DNA from: Candidatus Calditenuis fumarioli
Lineage (GTDB): Archaea > Thermoproteota > Nitrososphaeria_A > Caldarchaeales > Calditenuaceae
DNA length: 64,000 nucleotides
Assembly (NCBI GenBank): GCA_030059665.1
Contig: JANVYR010000001.1
Coordinates: 512,001 to 576,000, forward strand
Direction: 5' to 3'
How positions within the stretch are numbered: the first letter of the stretch is position 1; each line of letters begins with the position of its first letter. The notes under the pieces are model-generated. The model saw only the letters and a program-made list of their open reading frames with translations. It was not told where the DNA came from and ran no database searches. Both the position numbers and the translations under genes were made by a program. Below, piece by piece: positions 9,601 to 20,810 of this stretch.

Positions 9601-9606
9601 GAGATG

Positions 9607-10032
9607 TTACCCCTCGGTTCTACTGCCGAGAGCTTTCTCAACTTTATCCAGAATTTCGTGAAGTCTGGCGAGCTGGACGATGTATCCACCTCGCTCCACC
9701 GTTTGAACGAGCTGCTGATCCTTGAGCTCCTTTAGGCGACCGGCTGTCGAGAAATAGTCAGCTCCGATCGCGGACGAAATCTCCTCTATCGTTGCCACGT
9801 CGTTCTCTATCAACCCGGCCTCTTTGGCGAGGCGCTTGCCTGCGAGGTACAGCAGCACCCGGGCCCAGATCGGCAGTTTCTCAAGCGGGACCAAAAAGAC
9901 GACCTTTCCGTCCCTAGTGAGCCGTATGAAACCCTTGACCCTGTCGATGAGGGCGGCCGTCAGCTCCTGCTCATCGATTATCAGCTCCCGCAACTTCGCC
10001 TTCAAATCCGCTTCTGACCCGGTTGAGGTCAT
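9607..10032 (-). CDS. Hypothetical winged-helix protein
   Basis: 141-aa ORF; ATIEEISSAIG...STAGRLKELKDQQLV...ERGGY resembles a wHTH; TATA-like TTTATTA upstream on the minus strand. Confidence 0.75.
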   Translation of the reverse strand: MTSTGSEADLKAKLRELIIDEQELTAALIDRVKGFIRLTRDGKVVFLVPLEKLPIWARVLLYLAGKRLAKEAGLIENDVATIEEISSAIGADYFSTAGRLKELKDQQLVQTVERGGYIVQLARLHEILDKVEKALGSRTEG

Positions 10033-10327
10033 TTCTGGCAGACTGAGTTTTGCGAGACTAATAAATTTTACGAAAGATGCAGGTTCCTGAACCCGGCATT
10101 TCTGCGATCAAAAGCGCTATTTTCGTGAATTTCGCTCCGAGCGACCCGTTTACGCGCAAATGCAGCGACCTGTCGATGTGTGATCTCATAACGGCGAGTG
10201 CTCGACCCTTGGTGCTGAAGTCGAAGCGTGTCATCAGCGAAGACCGCAGCACAGCAATTGTGGACACAATCGTCATCGAGCCTTCTGCGCGGAAAACCCT
10301 AATGAAACTGCTGGGAATGGCGGTGTC

Positions 10328-11737
10328 GTGACTGACCGTGACGTAGTTTACCGGGTGCGGGCGCTTCTTGACGAGGACGGGAAGTTCCTTCCGGTTCTGG
10401 GCGGGCGCGGCGAAGGCGTCCTCACAGGAATCGGCACCATTGGGGGGAGATGGGTCGCGGTCTGGGCGAACGACCCGTCGGAGCGCGCAGGGGCCTTGAC
10501 CTCTCAGGGCATGAGGAAGGTGCTGAGGCTGACGGACCTGGCGGTGCGGTCAGGGATGCCAATCGTCTACCTCGCTGACTCCTCAGGTGCGGCGCTGCAG
10601 GAGGGGCCTGCCTCCCTCATCGCGGTGGGTGAGGTCTACAGGGCTCTGATCAAGGCTTCGAGGCGCGTTCCGAGGCTGGCGGCGGTGCTCGGAGGGTGCG
10701 TCGGCGGCAGCGTCTTCTTCGCGGCCTCGTCGGACGTCGTGGTGGGCAACCTCTCAGGAGGGTACGCGTTCGTCTCTGGTCCGAGGGCAGCCAGGTTCTT
10801 CACGGGAGAGGAGGTCGACGTGCAGGAGCTCGGCAACATCAGGAACTCCTTCAGCGCAGGGACCGTCCAGTTGGTAGGAGAGGACGAGGTCTCCTGTTTG
10901 AGGGTTCTGAGGAGGGTGCTCGGGTACCTCCCGTCCACGACCAGCGAGGTGCCTCCGAGGACAGGAGGGTGGAGCCCGCCGTCGTCGCGGCCCGAGGTCC
11001 CTGGGGGCGAGGACGAGCCCTACGACGTACGCGACGTGATAGCTGCGCTCGTCGACGAGGGGAGCTTCATCGAGCTCGATGCCGGCTACGGTGAGGCGGC
11101 GGTCGTGGGCCTCTCGAGGATCGCGGGGGAGGTTGTAGGGGTTGTTGCGAACCAGCCCTCGGAGAGAGGTGGCCTCATCGACTCGAGGTCGGCGGAGAAG
11201 ATGGCCAGGTTCGTCAGCCTCTGCGACAGGTTCAACATACCGCTGCTCACGCTCGTCGACACCCCGGGGTTCCTGCCGTCGAGGTCCGAGGAGCTCTCGG
11301 GCCTTCCCAGACACGGATCGAAGCTCCTCCACGCATACGCGGTCTCCGAGGTCCCGAAGGTGGCCGTGATCCTCCGGCGGGCCTACGCAGGCGGTTACGT
11401 CTCGATGTGCAGCAGGGGCATCGGGGCCGACTACGTCATAGGGTTGCCCAACGCGATCGTCGCGGTCCAACCTCCTCGCCTCGCCGCCGAGATAATCCAC
11501 AGAAGGGAACTCGAGCGAGCAGACCCGTCCGCCCGGGAGGAGCTTCTCCGGAGACTCTCCGAAGATTACGAGAGGACCTTCAGGGGCAAGGAGGCCCTCA
11601 TCGCGAACGGGGTGGTGGACGAGGTCGTCGAGCCCGGCGCCCTGAGGGAGAGGATCGTGGGTGTGATGGGCGCGCTGGTTGAAAGCTACCGCAAAAGGCT
11701 CAAGAACAGATCCAAGTTCTACTTCATCCCCTACTGA
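10328..11737 (+). CDS. Acyl-CoA carboxylase carboxyltransferase (beta) subunit
   Basis: DSSGAALQEG, FVSGP, PYDVRDVI, GVVANQP, FNIPLLTLVDTPGFLP, RRAYAGGY. Confidence 0.88.
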   Translation: MTDRDVVYRVRALLDEDGKFLPVLGGRGEGVLTGIGTIGGRWVAVWANDPSERAGALTSQGMRKVLRLTDLAVRSGMPIVYLADSSGAALQEGPASLIAVGEVYRALIKASRRVPRLAAVLGGCVGGSVFFAASSDVVVGNLSGGYAFVSGPRAARFFTGEEVDVQELGNIRNSFSAGTVQLVGEDEVSCLRVLRRVLGYLPSTTSEVPPRTGGWSPPSSRPEVPGGEDEPYDVRDVIAALVDEGSFIELDAGYGEAAVVGLSRIAGEVVGVVANQPSERGGLIDSRSAEKMARFVSLCDRFNIPLLTLVDTPGFLPSRSEELSGLPRHGSKLLHAYAVSEVPKVAVILRRAYAGGYVSMCSRGIGADYVIGLPNAIVAVQPPRLAAEIIHRRELERADPSAREELLRRLSEDYERTFRGKEALIANGVVDEVVEPGALRERIVGVMGALVESYRKRLKNRSKFYFIPY

Positions 11738-11830
11738 GCCCATCCCGTCGGCGATCGGAACGTCTGACCGGCGTCCTCATCTACGCTGCGGGCTCCGGCG
11801 AGGGCTTAAAATTGGGCTCCGTGAATGTAA

Positions 11831-13459
<1,629 letters not shown>

Positions 13460-13505
13460 CGGAGGAATGAAAGTCGAGAATCGCCGAACGGTCACCAGGT
13501 GAGGG

Positions 13506-14255
13506 TCACTCCTCCACGACCTCAGGACCGTGTCCCAGCGTCAGCACGTGGAACCCGTAGACGTTGCACAGCTCCTCCGATGCGATGACCTCACCCAACG
13601 TGCCGAAGAAGGACCGGTCCCTGTTGACGCAGAGGACCTTGCTGCTGCGGAACGCTGCCAACGCCGAGACGTCGTGGGTGACCGTGATGACCGTCGTCCC
13701 CAGCTCCCTGTTCAGCCGTGTGATCAGTTTGAGGAAATCGGAGACGCCGGTGACGTCGATGTACGCGGTTGGCTCGTCGAGCAGAAGCAGCTCCGGTCCG
13801 TTGATCAGGGAGATGGCGAGTAGGACGCGCTGGAACTGTCCGCCGGAGAGGTGGAAGAGCGGCCTCTTCAATACCGACCCGGGGTCCTGGAAGCCCACCA
13901 ACCTCAGGACCTCGTTCACGTCCATCGCCCTCCCCCGGATCCGGGACGCCCTCAGGACCTCCTCGACCGAGACGGAGGTCCTCGAGAGCTGGGACATCGC
14001 GTTCTGAGGGACGTATCCGATCCTCCACCACTCCTTGAAGCGCTCTATGGGCGTGCCGAAGAGCTCGATCGAGCCCGAGGCCGGTTTGACGGCGCCGATC
14101 AGAGCCCTGAGGATGGTCGACTTCCCGGCACCGTTCGGTCCAAGGATGTAGAGCATGTCGCCGCGAGGTACCTCGAAGCTCACCCCTCTCACCGCGTACT
14201 GACCCCTCGAGTACGAGACCGAGAGGTCCTTGACCCTGACTACCACCTCCCTCAA
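13506..14255 (-). CDS. Zn/Mn ABC transporter ATP-binding protein (ZnuC-like)
   Basis: GPNGAGKST, IGYVPQ, LSGGQ, LLDEPT, VTHD. Confidence 0.9.
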   Translation of the reverse strand: MREVVVRVKDLSVSYSRGQYAVRGVSFEVPRGDMLYILGPNGAGKSTILRALIGAVKPASGSIELFGTPIERFKEWWRIGYVPQNAMSQLSRTSVSVEEVLRASRIRGRAMDVNEVLRLVGFQDPGSVLKRPLFHLSGGQFQRVLLAISLINGPELLLLDEPTAYIDVTGVSDFLKLITRLNRELGTTVITVTHDVSALAAFRSSKVLCVNRDRSFFGTLGEVIASEELCNVYGFHVLTLGHGPEVVEE

Positions 14256-15199
14256 GCCTCGAACCCCTCCAGCAGCGCCTGCAGGTTCTCCCTCATCCGC
14301 TCAAGATATCCCCTGCCCGAGATGGCCTCCTCGAGGGTCATCGACTCCATGGTGTCCAGCCTCAGGACCTTCAGGCCGAGTTCCCGGGCGAACGACTCGA
14401 CGGTCTTAGAAACGGCCGACGGGTTGTCGACGTAGATCGCCTTTATCCCCTGCTCCTCGACCAGCGACCTCAGCTCAACCAGGTGCCTCGGGTCGGGCTC
14501 CTGCTCCTCGACGCCCTTGACGGCCACGTTGGTCAGCCCGAATTCCCGTGCGAGGTACCTGAAGGCCAGGTGCTCGGTGAGGAAGGCCCGTCCGGCGTAG
14601 GGTTTCAGGCGTTCCCGGTATTCCGCAAGAAGGGAATCAGCCCTCCCCACCAGCGTCGCCTCGTTCCGGTCTATCACCTCCCTCAGCTCGGGGTAGAGGG
14701 CCCTGAGGCTTTCTGCGATGTTCCTAACGAGCGCCACGTAGTTCCTGAGGGAGAGCCAGAGGTGAGGATCGATTCGATAGCGCATTTGTCGATCCTCCAT
14801 GCCAGACAACGGGATCGTCTCTACCCCTGGTGCCCTCTCGAGGATGACGATGGGCCCCCTGTAGCCTGAAGAAGCGACGAGGCCCCGCATCCATCCCTCC
14901 AGCGCGTCGGTGAGGTAGATCACCAGGGTCGCCCTGCTGACCTCGGAGACTTCTTTCGCTGACGGTTCCCAGTCGTGAACCTCCGCGCCCGGCGGCAAGA
15001 GGACCCTCACGGGCACCCTTCCGTCTGTGAGTCGATACACGATCTCCCCGATCAAAGCCGTCGAGACGACCACGTTCCCCCCACGACCGGTTTCAACTGC
15101 GGAGTCCTGGGGGAAGAGGTTGAAGGCTATGGCAGCCGCAGCTGCAGCCGCAAGGACCGCGGCCACCAGAACGAGGGGCCGCAGAACGCTCACCTGCAT
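14252..15199 (-). CDS. Zn/Mn ABC transporter substrate-binding protein (ZnuA/TroA-like)
   Basis: N-terminal hydrophobic anchor from ATG 15199; HDWEP, DPHLWL, EHLAFRYLA. Confidence 0.92.
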   Translation of the reverse strand: MQVSVLRPLVLVAAVLAAAAAAAIAFNLFPQDSAVETGRGGNVVVSTALIGEIVYRLTDGRVPVRVLLPPGAEVHDWEPSAKEVSEVSRATLVIYLTDALEGWMRGLVASSGYRGPIVILERAPGVETIPLSGMEDRQMRYRIDPHLWLSLRNYVALVRNIAESLRALYPELREVIDRNEATLVGRADSLLAEYRERLKPYAGRAFLTEHLAFRYLAREFGLTNVAVKGVEEQEPDPRHLVELRSLVEEQGIKAIYVDNPSAVSKTVESFARELGLKVLRLDTMESMTLEEAISGRGYLERMRENLQALLEGFEA

Positions 15200-15624
15200 G
15201 ACCAGTGAATCACCTCCTTGCCGTGGACGCAACGATCGGGCCAGTTGAGGGACCTGCACATGCTCGCGACGACGCGTTCTCCCACCAGATGTCCGATCTT
15301 GGAGGCCTCCCTGCAGGCGTATTCGACGTCGAGCCCAAACGCGATCACGAAGTACGACTCGATGACGCGATGGTTGTGAAGGAGCGTTTCTGCGGCTCTC
15401 CTCCCACGTGCCGTCAGCTCGAACCTCCCCCAGCCAGTCCTCCTCACCATTCCCTTTCCCTCCAGCCGCTTCAGTACCTCCGAGACCGTCGGCGGCCTCA
15501 CCCCAAGCCTCCTCGCCAGCTGAACCGTCCCCGGGCTTTCGCCCTCCTCGATCAACCGCTGCAGTTCCAGGAGGAACCTCGCATCCGAGCTGGACAGGTC
15601 CTGAAGCGAAACCTTAGGCATCAC
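15190..15624 (-). CDS. DtxR/MntR family metal-dependent repressor
   Basis: LARRLGVRPPTVSEVLKRL wHTH, HRVIESYF, PDRCVHG. Confidence 0.9.
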   Translation of the reverse strand: MMPKVSLQDLSSSDARFLLELQRLIEEGESPGTVQLARRLGVRPPTVSEVLKRLEGKGMVRRTGWGRFELTARGRRAAETLLHNHRVIESYFVIAFGLDVEYACREASKIGHLVGERVVASMCRSLNWPDRCVHGKEVIHWSCR

Positions 15625-15653
15625 CTAAATTAGGTGCATCCTAAATTTAGGAT
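15622..15653. promoter_or_regulatory. Tandem palindromic operator candidates for the DtxR/MntR repressor
   Basis: CACCTAA-A-TTAGGTG (15622-15636) and ATCCTAAATTTAGGAT (15638-15653) overlap the regulator's start and presumed promoter. Confidence 0.7.
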
Positions 15654-15721
15654 TCACCTCAATTTGCAACCCCTTGTGATATGCGCAACCTATAATTGGG
15701 GCGAGGTGACCCTGGACCCGA

Positions 15722-16429
15722 ATGGATAGGGCTGAAGCATCAGTTCTGATCCAGCACCTATTGCGTTGCCGGAGGCCGCCCGTTGCCATCCGGTTCATCT
15801 CTGAGGGAGAGGAGTTCCCGGAGCTCCCCCGATCGAACGAGTGGGTCCCCTCCAGCTGCGCCTTCTGGAACCTCGCGGCACAGCGCTCCTTCCTCACGTC
15901 ACCCGAGCAGCACGTGAACTGCAGCATCGGTGCGGTGACGCACGGCGTGAGAGGTCACGAGGAGGTGATGCCGGGGTGCGGGTGCGCCGACGTGGACGCC
16001 CTCATCGCGATGGGAAGGATCAGACCGGAGGATTTGACCTCCCTGCCCTCGGTACGGAGAAGACCTTCCTCGATCGCCTACGGGCCGCTCGAGGACTTCC
16101 CGGTGGAGCCCGACGTGGTCCTGATAGTGACTGAGGCGAGGGGCGCCCAGATGGTTTTCGAGGCCGCGAGGAGGGCTGGTCTGCCGGTGGAGGTGCAGGG
16201 GATGCCGACGTGCGCCGGCATACCGATCGCGCTCAACAACGGCTCGGTGGTGATAGGCCTCGGGTGCTCCACCAGCAGGCTCAGGGCTTCGTACGGAGAC
16301 CACGAGCTCGTCGTCTTCGTGCCAGGAAGGGCCCTCGAGAGGCTCGTCTCAAGCCTCGAGGATGTTGTGATCGCCGACAGGGCCCTTGTCGAGGCCGAGC
16401 TGGGGAACCGGAACCCCGGAGTCCGGTAA
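15722..16429 (+). CDS. DUF169 (COG2043-like) protein
   Basis: PVAIRF, SCAFW, NCSIGAVTHG, PDVVLI, PTCA, GLGC-x-x-SR; divergent from the DtxR gene. Confidence 0.75.
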   Translation: MDRAEASVLIQHLLRCRRPPVAIRFISEGEEFPELPRSNEWVPSSCAFWNLAAQRSFLTSPEQHVNCSIGAVTHGVRGHEEVMPGCGCADVDALIAMGRIRPEDLTSLPSVRRRPSSIAYGPLEDFPVEPDVVLIVTEARGAQMVFEAARRAGLPVEVQGMPTCAGIPIALNNGSVVIGLGCSTSRLRASYGDHELVVFVPGRALERLVSSLEDVVIADRALVEAELGNRNPGVR

Positions 16430-16474
16430 GTCCGGGAGAGCTCAAATATTCGGTCGGGGCACCGCTGGGTGAGC

Positions 16475-16957
16475 ATGGCGTCGCTCCCTCCCCACGTGGA
16501 GGACGTTTTCGAGCGGTCGCTGGTGGCCCTATTCACGACGGTCAACTCGCGGAACGAGCCGGTCACGCACCCGATGCTTCCGCTGTACGAGCGGGGATCC
16601 GGGAGGATCTACTTCACCTCGAGCGTCCTCTTCAGCCGCAAGCTCGAGCACATCAAGAGGAACCCGAAGGTCTCAGTGCTCTTCTCGGAGAGGGAGTTCA
16701 CCCGCTGCGAGAGCGGTGACGCGGTCCTCGTGAAGGGAACGGCCCGGGTTGACGACTCGGACCCGAGCAACGGCTGGATGAGGTTTCTGCCGCTCTGGAG
16801 GAGGAAGGAGCCATACATCGACGCCTACCTGAAGCAGCGTTTCGCCTTCCCCCTCTTCTGGGAGCGCGCGGTCATCGAGGTGAGGCCGGACGTGGTCTAC
16901 GTGTGGCGGGGCGGCGACCTCGACGCCGAGCCGGAGGTGTACGATCTGAGGAGGTGA
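16475..16957 (+). CDS. Pyridoxamine 5'-phosphate oxidase-like split-barrel flavin-binding protein
   Basis: FTTVN-x-x-x-x-P-x-THP, IYFTS, RKLEHIKRNPKVSV, LVKGTARV. Confidence 0.85.
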   Translation: MASLPPHVEDVFERSLVALFTTVNSRNEPVTHPMLPLYERGSGRIYFTSSVLFSRKLEHIKRNPKVSVLFSEREFTRCESGDAVLVKGTARVDDSDPSNGWMRFLPLWRRKEPYIDAYLKQRFAFPLFWERAVIEVRPDVVYVWRGGDLDAEPEVYDLRR

Positions 16958-16962
16958 GGTGG

Positions 16963-18288
16963 ATGAGCGTCGCCACCGACCAGGAGCTTTACGAGCAGAG
17001 GGCCATCTCGTTCGTCGACGACGACGGATACCCGGTCACGGTCCCGGCGCGCGTCAGCGTAGAGGACGGAGAGATCAAAGTGAGGCCCGCGAAGGGCTTC
17101 GATCCCCCGAAGATTGCGGGAAGGAGGGTGAACGTCGTCCTGAACCACATCACGCCTCTCCCCGGAGGGGGTTACACGGACCGGAGGTACATCGCCTTCA
17201 CGGGGCAGGCCGCGGCGGAGGGCGACCAGCTGGTCGTGCGGCCCGAGCGGACGTACAGGTGGAACGAGCGCGAGGTCCCGTTCCCTGAGTACGTCGAGGT
17301 CTCCACTCCCCGGGCGAGGAGGTACCTCGAGGCCCTCGGGAAGAGGCTGGGCGTGGACTTCAAGCCCGCGATCGGTGCGTTCTGGCGCTTCTTCAGGGTC
17401 GTCAGGTTCCCGTTCCTGATAGCGACGGCGGTTCCGGTGGCGATCGGTGGCGGCGTCGCCCTTTACCACGACTCGTTCGATGTAGCGCTCCTCCTGCTGA
17501 CCTTCCTGGGACTGGCGCTGATCCACATGGGCCTCAACGTCGCCAACGACTACTTCGACACGGTCCTCGGCGCAGACCCTGCCAACAGGAGGCCCACGCC
17601 CTTCAGCGGCGGCTCCAGGTCGATCCTTTATGGCCTGATCTCCGAGTCCGGAGCTCGAGCCCTTTACGCCTCCCTCTTCGGCTCAGGGGTCGCGATCGGC
17701 CTCTACCTCGCCCTCACCCGGGGCCTCCTGCCGATACTTGGCCTCACGGCTCTCGGTCTCTTCCTGGCCTACTTCTACACCGCTCCGCCGATCAAGCTGG
17801 CGTACAGGGGCCTAGGTGAGCTGGCGGTGGGCACGGGCTTCGGTCCGGTCATCGTGATGGGCACGTACTTCGTCCAGACCCAGAGGTTCTCGCTCGACGC
17901 GTTGGTCGCCTCTGTTCCGATCGGTCTGCTGATCATGCTGATCCTCTACGTGAACGAGATCCCAGACGCCGAGTTCGACCGCATCGCGGGCAAGAGGCAG
18001 CTCGTCACGCGGTTCTCGAGGGAGCAGGCGCTCGCTTTCCTAGCCGGGTCTTTGGCAGCCACGTACTCCGTCATCGCCCTGATCCCCGTTCTGAGGCTGG
18101 GGCCTCCGACGGTTCTCGTAGCGCTGGCCACGATACCGCTGGCCGTCAAGGTATACCAAGGAGCGCGGTCCAACTTCGGGAAGCAGTACGAGATGATACC
18201 CACCATGTCGCTGAACGTGAACAACGCCGCGATCACCGGGGCCCTCATCGCTGCTGGCTACTTCGTCGGAGCCCTCCTCGGCCTCTGA
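16963..18288 (+). CDS. Fusion of an N-terminal split-barrel-like domain with a MenA/UbiA-family prenyltransferase
   Basis: ATG 16963 after GAGGTGAGGTG. The first ~140 aa carry SFVDDDGYP; then RFPFL, NVANDYFD, GAD, GGSR, NEIPDAEFD and several TM helices. Confidence 0.85.
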   Translation: MSVATDQELYEQRAISFVDDDGYPVTVPARVSVEDGEIKVRPAKGFDPPKIAGRRVNVVLNHITPLPGGGYTDRRYIAFTGQAAAEGDQLVVRPERTYRWNEREVPFPEYVEVSTPRARRYLEALGKRLGVDFKPAIGAFWRFFRVVRFPFLIATAVPVAIGGGVALYHDSFDVALLLLTFLGLALIHMGLNVANDYFDTVLGADPANRRPTPFSGGSRSILYGLISESGARALYASLFGSGVAIGLYLALTRGLLPILGLTALGLFLAYFYTAPPIKLAYRGLGELAVGTGFGPVIVMGTYFVQTQRFSLDALVASVPIGLLIMLILYVNEIPDAEFDRIAGKRQLVTRFSREQALAFLAGSLAATYSVIALIPVLRLGPPTVLVALATIPLAVKVYQGARSNFGKQYEMIPTMSLNVNNAAITGALIAAGYFVGALLGL

Positions 18289-18425
18289 TCTCGTCCGGCA
18301 TCGCTCTTAGCTTTCTTGAACTCCGATCTCTCAGTTACAGTATCAGCACGTCATCAAATCACGACCCAACCGAAATCAAGCGGCCACCGAAGGACAGGTC
18401 TGCAGTAGATCGGACCTGTATCGGT

Positions 18426-18854
18426 TCACCTCTTGGGCTTCTTCACCTTGCCCGTGATCAGAAGCTTCAGGGGAACGCCGTTCACCATGAAGACCTCGTA
18501 CCTGACCCCGGGTAGGTCGCCGTAGGACTTGCCCAGCGTCCCTCCTATGCCCTGGACCAAGACCTCGTCGTGCTCGTCGATCACGTTCAGCGCTCCGTCG
18601 CCCGGGCAGAAGGCGGTGATCACCTTGCCGTTCTTGATCAGCTGTACCCTGACGGCCTTCCTGACGGCGCTGTTCGGCTGCCTCGACTCGATCCCCTTCT
18701 TCTCCAGTACTATCCCCCTGGCCATGGGCGCACCCTCGAGCGGGTCGTACTTCTCCTTCAGCCTGAGCATCCTGATGCGGTAGGGTCGATAGCTCCACCT
18801 GAACTTCTGACGCGTCTTGATCAGCGACCTCGCCGCGAACTCTCCGTTCCCCAT
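18426..18854 (-). CDS. rps12: 30S ribosomal protein S12
   Basis: [35 protein letters not shown]. Confidence 0.98.
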   Translation of the reverse strand: MGNGEFAARSLIKTRQKFRWSYRPYRIRMLRLKEKYDPLEGAPMARGIVLEKKGIESRQPNSAVRKAVRVQLIKNGKVITAFCPGDGALNVIDEHDEVLVQGIGGTLGKSYGDLPGVRYEVFMVNGVPLKLLITGKVKKPKR

Positions 18855-19026
18855 TCCCCGCTCCGGAGCCTCCGACGAGCTCTAAAATCTAACCCTCCAG
18901 CCTCCGGTCATCTGGCCCTCCATCGGTCGACCACGCATTGAACCTGCGAATTGCCCGCTTCGCTCGGCCTCTGGGTAGTCCCTCCCAAATCCTAATTTAC
19001 GACCCGAAGGTGCAGGAGTAGCGGAG

Positions 19027-19992
19027 ATGATCTCGCTGGTCCTCTCGGACCGGGAGCGTCCGGGTGTGAGGGAGCTCGAGAGTTACGGACGCCTGGTCAG
19101 GCGCGGAACGACCGCGGTCAAGAGGGGGTTCGCGCACATGCTGAAGCACGGCGTGGTGATGGACGTCACCAACGTCGAGCAGGCCCAGATAGCCGAGGAG
19201 GCCGGTGCGGTGGCCGTGATGGTTCTGGACAAGCTCCCCTACGACGTGAGGAAGGCGGGAGGGGTCGCCAGGACCGCCTCCATCAAGGCGATAGAGGAGA
19301 TCATGGACCACGTCACGATACCCGTGATGGCCAAGTGCAGGATAGGTCACACGTGGGAGGCGAGGGTGCTCGAGGAGGTGGGGGTGGACATGATCGATGA
19401 GTCGGAGGTCCTTACTCCGGCTGACGAGGAGAGGCACATCTGGAAGTGGGACTTCACGACACCCTTCGTCTGCGGTGCCCGCGACCTCGGTGAGGCCCTC
19501 AGGAGGATCGAGGAGGGCGCATCCATGATCAGGACAAAGGGAGAGCCGGGTACCGGGAACGTCGCCGAGGCGGTGCGACACATGCGCATCGTCAAAGCCG
19601 AGATACGGAGGATCAGGGCCATCTACGAGGAGGGCGACGAGCAGGAGCTGATCAAGGCCGCGCGTGAGCTGAGGGTGTCGTACGAGCTGGTCGTCGAGAC
19701 CGCGAGGCTGGGGAGGCTGCCGGTGGTGAACTTCGCTGCGGGAGGGATCGCAACGCCCGCCGACGCGGCGCTGATGATGAGCCTCGGCTGCGACGGAATC
19801 TTCGTCGGCTCCGGCATCTTCAAGTCGGCAGACCCCCTCGAGAGGGCTCAGGCGATCGTGCTGGCCACCACCTACTGGGACAGGCCCGAGAAGGTGCTGG
19901 AGGCCCAGAGGATGGTATCGGAGGCGAAGTCGATGACCGGGATGGACCTGAAGACGCTGGAGCTGAGGATGCAGGAGCGCGGCACCGGTTAG
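19027..19992 (+). CDS. pdxS: Pyridoxal 5'-phosphate synthase lyase subunit
   Basis: [54 protein letters not shown]. Confidence 0.98.
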   Translation: MISLVLSDRERPGVRELESYGRLVRRGTTAVKRGFAHMLKHGVVMDVTNVEQAQIAEEAGAVAVMVLDKLPYDVRKAGGVARTASIKAIEEIMDHVTIPVMAKCRIGHTWEARVLEEVGVDMIDESEVLTPADEERHIWKWDFTTPFVCGARDLGEALRRIEEGASMIRTKGEPGTGNVAEAVRHMRIVKAEIRRIRAIYEEGDEQELIKAARELRVSYELVVETARLGRLPVVNFAAGGIATPADAALMMSLGCDGIFVGSGIFKSADPLERAQAIVLATTYWDRPEKVLEAQRMVSEAKSMTGMDLKTLELRMQERGTG

Positions 19993-20769
19993 TCACAGAA
20001 CGTAGGCCCCGACGTTCCTGTTGCTCAACCTCTCCCTCCTCTCCTGCTCGAGCCTCTTCGGATCCAGCTCGACCGTCAAAGTCCCCGGCTCCTCTCCAGC
20101 CTCGACCTCAGAGGTCCTCGCGACCCTGAATTCGTCCAGCTCAAGGTCGACCGCGATGGAGCGGCCGTTGAAGGCCCTTCCGAGCACCACGTTGCACCCG
20201 ATCACCTGGACCCTGTTCTCCAGAGCCCTTGCCCTGAGGTAGACGTGCCAGGGTTCGACGCCCTCCCTCCTGATCCGGGAGGGGTTCAGCAGCAGCTCCG
20301 CGCCCTTGAGGACGAGGGTCCTGGCGGACTCGGGGTAGACCACGTCGTGGCAGACCATCACGCCGAACCTCACACCTCCCGCCGAGAAGACCTTGAATGC
20401 GTCTCCGGCTTTCAGGAAGTTCCTCTCCTCCCTGAACGGATGGACCTTCTCCTGGAATCCGACAATTTCGCCGCTCGGAGAGATGACCGGCACCGTCGCC
20501 GCGTAACCGTCCCGGAACCTGAGGTAGAGGGCGCCGCCGACGATGGTGGAGCCGAGGGAGGCCGCGAGTTCCCGCAGGACCGCGAGCGCTCTCTCTGAGG
20601 CCTGCACGGCGCCCGCGATGTCGAGGATCGGGGCATGATGGATCCAGGCCTCGGGAAGGACCACCAGGTCGGCCCTCGTCCCGAGCGAGGAGAGCGTCCT
20701 CGAGACCCACTCGACGTTCCTCATCGGATCCCCTTCTACTGGAACCTGGACGATCGCGACCCTTACCAT
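19993..20769 (-). CDS. Carbon-nitrogen hydrolase (nitrilase superfamily)
   Basis: VVLPE, QEKVHP and VCHD supply the Glu-Lys-Cys triad. Confidence 0.88.
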   Translation of the reverse strand: MVRVAIVQVPVEGDPMRNVEWVSRTLSSLGTRADLVVLPEAWIHHAPILDIAGAVQASERALAVLRELAASLGSTIVGGALYLRFRDGYAATVPVISPSGEIVGFQEKVHPFREERNFLKAGDAFKVFSAGGVRFGVMVCHDVVYPESARTLVLKGAELLLNPSRIRREGVEPWHVYLRARALENRVQVIGCNVVLGRAFNGRSIAVDLELDEFRVARTSEVEAGEEPGTLTVELDPKRLEQERRERLSNRNVGAYVL

Positions 20770-20810
20770 CCCTCTGAACCCAAAAAAGGAGGGCCTGGCA
20801 CGGGATATGG

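Noticed and set aside
9040-10330. attL/attR duplication of the tRNA 3' end or an integrase
   Set aside because: No second copy of the tRNA 3' end and no recombinase ORF found by eye, so it is not called a mobile element.
10058-10331. ORFs 10058..10276 (-) and 10077..10331 (+)
   Set aside because: No motifs or coding-like codon usage; they overlap the promoter region of the wHTH pair.
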